From contig OZ024745.1 of the NCBI GenBank assembly GCA_964016885.1, positions 75,640,001 to 75,704,000 of the forward strand: a DNA stretch of 64,000 nucleotides, in the 5' to 3' direction. Both the position numbers and the translations under genes were made by a program. Position 1 is the first letter of the stretch. Every line of letters begins with the position of its first letter. Source of the DNA: Eledone cirrhosa (taxonomy: Eukaryota). The notes below the pieces were generated by a model. It worked only from the letters and a program-made list of their open reading frames with translations. It was not told where the DNA came from and searched no databases. Shown one piece after another: positions 55,201-64,000 of this stretch.

Positions 55201-55391
55201 AGATGTCAACATGAATGGACCTGTTATTTGTATCTAAAAACATTTTTTCCAATTCCATCCCGCCCGTCCCCAAAATCTATCTTATTTCTCATTCTTTCTT
55301 TTGATGAAAGACTAAGGTCCGAAAAGTTAAGACCCTCTTCCTGCTTTATCAAGCGTTAACCTAATATATCCCTTCCATATAGTGTACCTTT

Positions 55392-55532
<141 letters not shown>

Positions 55533-55639
55533 ATGTATATATATATATATACGTAGGTCCCGGGTTGAGTCGGGGATAACCACAGTAAGTAAGGTACTCA
55601 ATACATGGCAGAGTAAAAATTTTTTATTTTATAGAAGGA

Positions 55640-55744
55640 GCTTCTACAGGACTAGTACTGTTTCATTCAGATGAAATCTTCAGGAAGCACTGAGCTTCCT
55701 GAAGATTTCATCTGAATGAAACAGTACTAGTCCTGTAGAAACTC
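55640..55744. ncRNA. Two back-to-back hammerhead motifs (55640-55688 minus, 55692-55744 plus)
   Basis: GCUUC-CUGAAGA-uUUCA/UGAAu-GAAA-CAG uacuaguc CUG-UA^GAAGC; within palindrome 55620-55762. Confidence 0.75.
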
Positions 55745-55757
55745 CTTCTATAAAATA

Positions 55758-55866
<109 letters not shown>

Positions 55867-56111
55867 GATCCAGCCTCAATTTATTTATTTATGTCTCTCT
55901 ACCAATCCGACTGGAAGTTTTATTTACCTAATGGATTTTATCCGATGGAAGTTTCTCGACATTGTTTTGCAAGAGGGATTTAATTAAAGTTATCAATAGG
56001 TTACAATCGATATTGACCTCCTCATCAACTATCGGATTAATTTTCAAGGCAGTTTGCCACACTTAAATTTTCCAATCCTCTATTCCACTTTCACTGAAGT
56101 GCTTTGTCTGT

Positions 56112-56169
<58 letters not shown>

Positions 56170-56324
56170 ATGTGTGTGTGTGTGTGTGTGTGTGAGGGGT
56201 AGTGTATATGTATGTGTGTGTATCCGTATATTTCTATGTATCTATCTATGTATGCATGTATCTATGTATGCATGTATGTATGTATATATATGCATGTATA
56301 TATATATATGTATATATATGTATA

Positions 56325-56360
<36 letters not shown>

Positions 56361-56453
56361 TGTATGTATGTATGTATGTATGTATGAATGCGTGTGTGCG
56401 TGGGATAGTATTATGTATCTATGTATGCATGTATGTATGTATATATATGCATG

Positions 56454-56549
<96 letters not shown>

Positions 56550-57578
56550 TGTATGTATGTATGTATGTATGTATGTATGTATGTATGTATGAATGCGTGT
56601 GTGCGTGGGATAGTATTATGTATCTATGTATGCATGTATGTATATATATATGTGTGTGTGTGTGTATGTATGCATGTATGAATGTATGTGTGTGGATGTA
56701 AATATTATGTATCTATGTATGTATGCATGTATGTATGCATGTATGTATGCATGTATGTATGTGTGTGTACAGTTATGGATGTTATTGCATGTGTGGATCT
56801 GTATGTTTTAAGTTATATGTGTACACGCGCTTTTTTGTAGTCCAGTCAGACTGTAACCAAGTTCCTTCTATATCACTACACCTCTCTGACTTCATGGTTT
56901 TGTTAATTAAGAGTTGCTTAGCACACTCCCAAACTCCTTTCTTCGCAGCTGTTTCTGATATTTAGGAAAGGAAAGGCGATGTTCGCCAGGTTGTACAATG
57001 GTCTTTCCATTGTACAACCTGACGCATATACCGCAAAGTGTCACACCTGACACTTTAATATTTCTACCAATCCAACACGCTTGGACTGATATATTATTTA
57101 GCAACATCAATAAGATGAAAGATGAAGTTCATCTCGGTAGGATTTGAACTCAGGGTACTGTGGACCGAGACAAATACCAAGGAATTTCATCTGACGATTC
57201 TCTAACGATTTTAACAAATCGCCGCCGTTCTCTTGGCATTCTATACGGATTTGGCTGAAAATATGTAAAATTAGATTGGTTAATTCAAATGTTTAGTGTC
57301 TTTATGTTTAGTGTCTGGTGGATAAATTGTAGGGAAATTTTGCAGAAAACTAATGTAAAGATTTCAGCACTTAATGTAGTGCAGTCATGGTACAGTTTTG
57401 TACTTCTCATGAATATCTTTTTACTATGGTTTCATGTGGTACAGGACATTACGTGTTAACCTCGTATCATCGAAATATTTTAGATGTTATCTTTACATTC
57501 AATCTTCAGCTGTTGTCTTGATATAAAAACAAAACAAAAAAGAACAATAGAGTTTGTTTCACATAGCATCAGGACGTT

Positions 57579-57635
<57 letters not shown>

Positions 57636-57636
57636 G

Positions 57637-57687
<51 letters not shown>

Positions 57688-57851
57688 TCTCTCTCACTGT
57701 ATTCGTCAATCACTCAACGTCACTTTAGTAAATGTTACTTTCCCCGTGCTGTTGACATTTCTTATGATAAATGGCTTAAAATCACTTCCTTCTTTCTCTT
57801 TTGTAGCATCATCATACATCTTCCCCCCTCCCCCTCCACACGCATATTCTT

Positions 57852-57886
<35 letters not shown>

Positions 57887-58181
57887 ACGCACACACTCTC
57901 ATTTTATGTATCTCTATTTCTCACACACAGTCCTCAACTTGACATGCTGACATGGCATTCGTGTGTCCCATGTTTAATTAGTCTCACTCTTCTATTTTAT
58001 CACTATGCTATGCTATGCTTTGCTTTGATCAAAGCTTTCTGTCTTTGTCACTGATCAAGTGTCCAATAGAATTCCTCTTTACAGTAAAGCAATGAGAAGA
58101 CATCCATCACCAATGAAAGAAGTGTAAGTTAGAGAGACGTAAATATACAGTACATGTATTATGTGTGTATGGAAGTATGCA

Positions 58182-58273
<92 letters not shown>

Positions 58274-59379
58274 TAAAGACGACACAAACGGACAGGGGGG
58301 TTAGAAGGCAACAATTTAAAACGGTATAAACAAAAAGTAAAATAAAGTGAAAAAAGATGACACGTTCTTGACAAATTATGTGCACAAAAATATTAGCAAT
58401 GTGTATTTAGGGTAAACAGAAAGAGAAGAAATTTGATGTTTCGCATTAAATCCTTTATCAAAGAAAGTAGGTGAAGAAAAGTGTAGGAACGTTAACAAGT
58501 TGAAGAACAGATGTTGTTTCAATGGCTCTATTCAATAGAATGGAAGACGTTTAACCGTTAGAACAGGAAGTGGGCAAACAAATAAGGTGGCAGTGTGAGC
58601 AGTTAAAAGGGAGGGAGAGGGAATGGTGAACTGGATAGTGTTATATACTCATGTGGCGAGACAGCGGGGGGAGGGGTGAAAAAGAAAGGGGAGAGGAGAA
58701 TGTGGTATGAAGTGAACAATGTGTAGAAGTGTACTAGGGGGATACTTGCCCATGGACAGGGGCGGGAATGGTAAAATAAATAGTAGCATAATTTGGTGGG
58801 GGAGAGACAAAAGGAAAGAGGGTGAGGAAGAAAGTGAGCGGGGGAGGGGATGTGATTTGCGTATGTAGACATTTGCAATGAGATTTATACAGTTGATGAT
58901 CAAGGGTTGTGAGAAGAAATGTGTGTATTGAGAGTTCTGAGTGTGTGTGGAGTTAGTCAGTATGTTTGTCTGCTGATGTATATGTATTTATGATATATGC
59001 AATCAATGTGGATGTATGAACGTGGAGGATTAGTGCATGTAGTCTGTGATATGTATGTATATACCTTAATTCTATTTTCCAGTCGACCTAGCCTATAACT
59101 CTATATGCAAACAAGGCTAATCAGCCTATGTACATAGGTGTCAAAACTATATGTTTTCGCCTATATTGAGTTCCAACAGAGACGTCGTTGTCAGTTATCC
59201 ACCCTTTGATTATGCTGGAATCCGTTAGATTGCGTTACGTCAGCAGTTTCCAAATTCATAGCTGAAGGCTTTCAAAATGTTTATTCGTAAACATACCGTA
59301 TATCGCTAGATATACTAAATACTCATACTTATATGTATACAGCTATGTTAGAGCGAGCACCTTATTATATGTATGTATT

Positions 59380-59433
<54 letters not shown>

Positions 59434-59478
59434 AATCTCCTTTTTTGTACTGTTGACCATCTTATTCTCCACTTTTTC

Positions 59479-59563
<85 letters not shown>

Positions 59564-59653
59564 AAAGTTCTATTTAAATTGTTGGGATACAACAAGTAAA
59601 TATTTTTATAAATATTTTGTGTGTGTGTGTGTGTGTGTGTATTTGCGTGTATG

Positions 59654-59695
<42 letters not shown>

Positions 59696-59753
59696 TATAT
59701 ATGCATTATTTAATGGGTATGTCAATATTTATTTATAAAACTGCTCTATATTA

Positions 59754-59818
59754 TATTTTATCTGATGAAAGCACACCATAATTTAACTTGGTGTCCTGGA
59801 AATATGTATAATGAAATA
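59754..59818 (+). ncRNA. Minimal type I hammerhead ribozyme
   Basis: UAUUUUAU-CUGAUGA-stem II(ACACCA...UGGUGU)-GAAA-UAUGUAUA^AUGAAAUA. Confidence 0.72.
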
Positions 59819-59880
59819 AATATGGTTTTATAAATATAGTTTCCATTTGTCAATATCGTATATATATATATATATTTATT

Positions 59881-59999
<119 letters not shown>

Positions 60000-60515
60000 T
60001 TCAAGGAAACAATAAACAGTGATATAAAATGTCTTATTAGTTTCATGCTTTATATGGAAAAAGGAAATGAAAGTTCGACGTGTCGGGCTTTAGCCCTTCT
60101 TCAGGAGCACAAAAATAGAGTCAGGATCACATTTATATATATATATATATCCAAAATTAAATTAAGGGAGTCATGTCCGAGACAAGCGCCATATCCACCG
60201 TAGAATATGCTCAAAGATTCCAATGAATAGATTCGAGCATTTTATATCAACTAGAAATTGATTGACATATATATGTATCTAAAATAAACATATGAAACAA
60301 TCACAGGGGATAATTTGTAAAGTGTGTAAGCACACATAGCTAGGTAGGTAACTAATTAATGTTTAACTAGAACTTCAAACATAGATACCTTTTAAAATGA
60401 TTAATCTTCCTTGTATATATATATATACGTAGGTCCCGGGTTGAGTCGGGGATAACCACAGTAAGTAAGGTACTCAATACATGGCAGAGTAAAATATATT
60501 TATTGTATAGAAGGA

Positions 60516-60562
60516 GCTTCTACAGGACTAGAACTGTTTCATTCAGATGAAATCTTCAGGAA
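60516..60562 (-). ncRNA. Hammerhead motif (55640 family), stem I truncated
   Basis: UUC-CUGAAGA...GAAA-CAG uucuaguc CUG-UA-GAAGC. Confidence 0.65.
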
Positions 60563-60661
60563 TAGTAAAAGATACCAATAAAACTGCCTCAACCATTGCA
60601 AAAGTAATACCCCATAAGAACTATATATATTTACAAAGAGAGTGAGAGAGAGAGTGAGAGA

Positions 60662-60764
<103 letters not shown>

Positions 60765-61017
60765 AACGTCACTGCAATACTCAAACCAAAATAAACAGAG
60801 CAACCAACGCGAAAAACGAGATATTGCGGTGTCAAAAAGGGCGTGGTGAACAATTCTGTGTAGGTACCCACACAGTGTGTGTGTGTGAGAGAGATGAGAG
60901 ATAAAATAATATAAGCATTGACGATAAACCTGAAGACTTACTATGAGTCAACATTATCATATCAATGCATGTGTGCTAGAGTGAATGTTTTTGCATATAC
61001 CCAAATAAATATGATGC

Positions 61018-61137
<120 letters not shown>

Positions 61138-61211
61138 GGTAAACAGAAATAGCAACACAATCGGTACAGTATATGGAAGGAATATATTAGGTTGATATAG
61201 CAGGGAAAGGG

Positions 61212-61247
61212 TCTTAACGTTTCGGTCGCTAGTCCTTCATCAGAAGA
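61212..61247 (-). ncRNA. Minimal hammerhead ribozyme
   Basis: UCUU-CUGAUGA-aGG acuagcga CC-GAAA-CGUU^AAGA; decayed relatives at ~55297-55333, ~60075-60105, ~61480-61515. Confidence 0.7.
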
Positions 61248-61317
61248 AAGACTGAGAAATATCAAATTACAAAATATGAAGAAATAATAGACAAAAATAT
61301 ACCTATTTTTTCTTCAA

Positions 61318-61384
<67 letters not shown>

Positions 61385-61877
61385 TGTGGGTGTGTAAAAA
61401 ATAAACAGAAATAATAAAGCAAATGACAAAGTACAATAAAAAATATATTAGTTTAACGCTTGAAATAATAAGAAAAGAGTCTTAACGTTTTGCAACACTA
61501 GTCCTTCAGCAGAAGATAGAACGAGAAACAAAAGATGAAATAGAGAGATAAAGAGTGAAAAGAGGAAGGAAGAGGAAACAATTTAAGAAAGAACACACGT
61601 GCGTATTCAGTCAGGCATTTTGGATCGGAGTCACGGTTGCAGAATATATATTAAATTCATTGGCATACTGAAACGATTGTAATATGCCAATATGGTTTAT
61701 ATATATACAGCAACAGTGACTTCGATCTTACTTACTCCTGTTTACAGTCTGCACACCACAAGTGCCTTAACTCTGGCCTACAAACTAACACGAGACGAGC
61801 AATGTAACAGCATCGAGTGCTTAGACGGCAATTCGCCTATAACTGTAGTTACACACTTGCCTAACACTCCCACACAG

Positions 61878-61989
<112 letters not shown>

Positions 61990-63324
61990 CGAAGGAGTTG
62001 TGGTAAGGAACCAGATGGAGCATAACGCACCAGAGTACTCAATACTAAGGGTAGTAGAGTAGTAGAGTGGGTAATAGGAAAATGTTTGATCCTAACGGCA
62101 GAGCTCAAGCCGTTTCGACGGCTATTTCCAGTAATAGCAGTCGAAACGGCTTGAGCTCTGCCGTCGGGGTCAAACATTTTCCTATATATATATATATATA
62201 TATATATACGTCAATGTATGATATATATATGTTATATCATAAATATATATGTATCATACATTGACGTATATATATATATATACATACATACACACACATA
62301 TATATATATATATGCATGGACACACGCATACTTGCATTTATGTGTGTGTATACATACATATAGGTATCTATATCTATGCATGTATCTAAGTATGTATGTT
62401 TGGATTGATGAATATATGTGTATATATACATATATGTGGGTGTGCGTATGTTTGTTTGTGTGTGTGTATCTGTATATATATATATATATATATATATTAT
62501 ATCATAAATCTAGATTGTTATACCCATAAAGTTAGCTGCTTAGTTCTAAAGTGTTAAGCATATAATTTTTATAACTAACATAAACGCATCAAATCAAATA
62601 AAATTAACGGAAGTTTTTCAGATTGAATGTTTGAAGATATTAACAGCAATAGTAAAAGATACCAATAAAACTGCCTCAACCATTGCAAAAGTAATACCCC
62701 ATAAGAACTTGTTACAATAGGAGTGGACATAAGATCTTTAACCATGAAAAGGAGAAGCAGAAATCATTGAAAACCTCAGGCGAAGCCAATGGGTCAATTT
62801 GTGTAATGGAAACGGACAGTATAACATAGCATAAACATAAATAAGCAACAAATAAATATAGATGATAAAAATAAATGAAATAGATAAGATATAAAAAGAC
62901 TAATACAATATATAAGAGTAAGATATGGTATAGAAATATTCAGGAACCCAATAAAAGCAAAACATCCAGATAAAGCGAATATCTAGAAAATCAGCGATTC
63001 ATTTTAGAAATCCAGCAGCACAAATGATGTTAAACGTTTATATTCACCCAAAGAAGCCTTTCAAAATGTAAAGTGAAAATAGTAAGAGAAATAATGTGCT
63101 TGGTTTGAATAAATAGAGAACTCTATTAAGACGGTAGTTTAAGCAACAACAAAAGCTACATCAAAATCATGCAGAAAAACACGTTCATAAAGAAAACACC
63201 CGAGGAGGTTTTTAAATATCGTCATGATCAAACATACAACTATATATATATATATATATATATATAAACGGAAAAATGAAACGAAATTTCATTTCTCACT
63301 CTTAGTACGGCTGTTACTTAAATA

Positions 63325-63790
63325 TAAGTATGTATACGTAGATACATATATGTATACAGACGTACAGTAGTATGTATATATATATACATACATGCACACA
63401 TATATATATGTATGTATGGATTCACTGAACATTTATTATAATGCTCGGTGTGTTTGTAAACAAACATCCCGAATTAAGCCGTACAGTGTCTAGCAACCAT
63501 CGTTGCTCATTTGTTCAACACTGACAAAGGAACGATGTACTAGTTTCAAGCTTATTAGCTATCGTCAGCAACTAGTACAGTGTTCCTTTGTCAGTGTTGA
63601 ACAAATGAGCAACGATGGTTGCTAGACACTGTACGGCTTAATTCGGGATGTTTGTTTACAAACACACCGAGCATTATAATAAATGTTCAGTGAATCCATA
63701 CGTACATATATATATGTGTGCATGTATGTATATATATACATACTACTGTACGTCTGTATACATATATATATGTACGTATACATACTTATA
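63325..63790. repeat. Long inverted repeat (~220-bp arms) with hammerhead core at its centre
   Basis: Arms match across ~63325-63545 / ~63570-63790. Confidence 0.9.
63533..63570 (-). ncRNA. Minimal hammerhead motif, stem I truncated
   Basis: UG-CUGACGA-uAGC uaauaa GCUu-GAAA-CUAG-UA^CA. Confidence 0.65.
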
Positions 63791-63804
63791 TATACATATA
63801 TATT

Positions 63805-63842
<38 letters not shown>

Positions 63843-64000
63843 ATTAGGGTAAACATTGATGCAATTCAATTCAAGCACTCAACGTACTTTTTCCACATAG
63901 GAGTGACGGAGTAAATATCGAATAAGTAAAAGCGAAGTAGTTTCAGATGTTCAAGTCCTTTAATAATAATGCTGTGATATATATTTCAATGACGACACTG

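Overview
This is repeat-dominated eukaryotic DNA. The SINE families and the extreme (TA)n/(TG)n/(GA)n/(CATA)n load suggest an octopus or other coleoid cephalopod (inference). No host exon can be supported, and almost all ORFs in the track are microsatellite artefacts. Real coding sequence is all retroelement: an apparently intact Tx1/L1-type LINE (ORF1 with zinc knuckle, ORF2 running off the left edge), three Penelope-like element (PLE) RT remnants (one with a GIY-YIG endonuclease), an R4/Dong-like endonuclease tail and an RTE 3' end. Other repeats are tRNA-derived SINEs in tandem clusters, a non-autonomous Helitron, MITEs and a ~570-bp (TATG)n-associated element. The main hidden signal is about 17 minimal type I hammerhead ribozyme motifs in at least seven sequence families, folded by eye. 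Most sit in short PLE pseudo-LTR remnants lodged in (TA)n, often as head-to-head palindromes. One family has a compensatory U3-A8 catalytic core.
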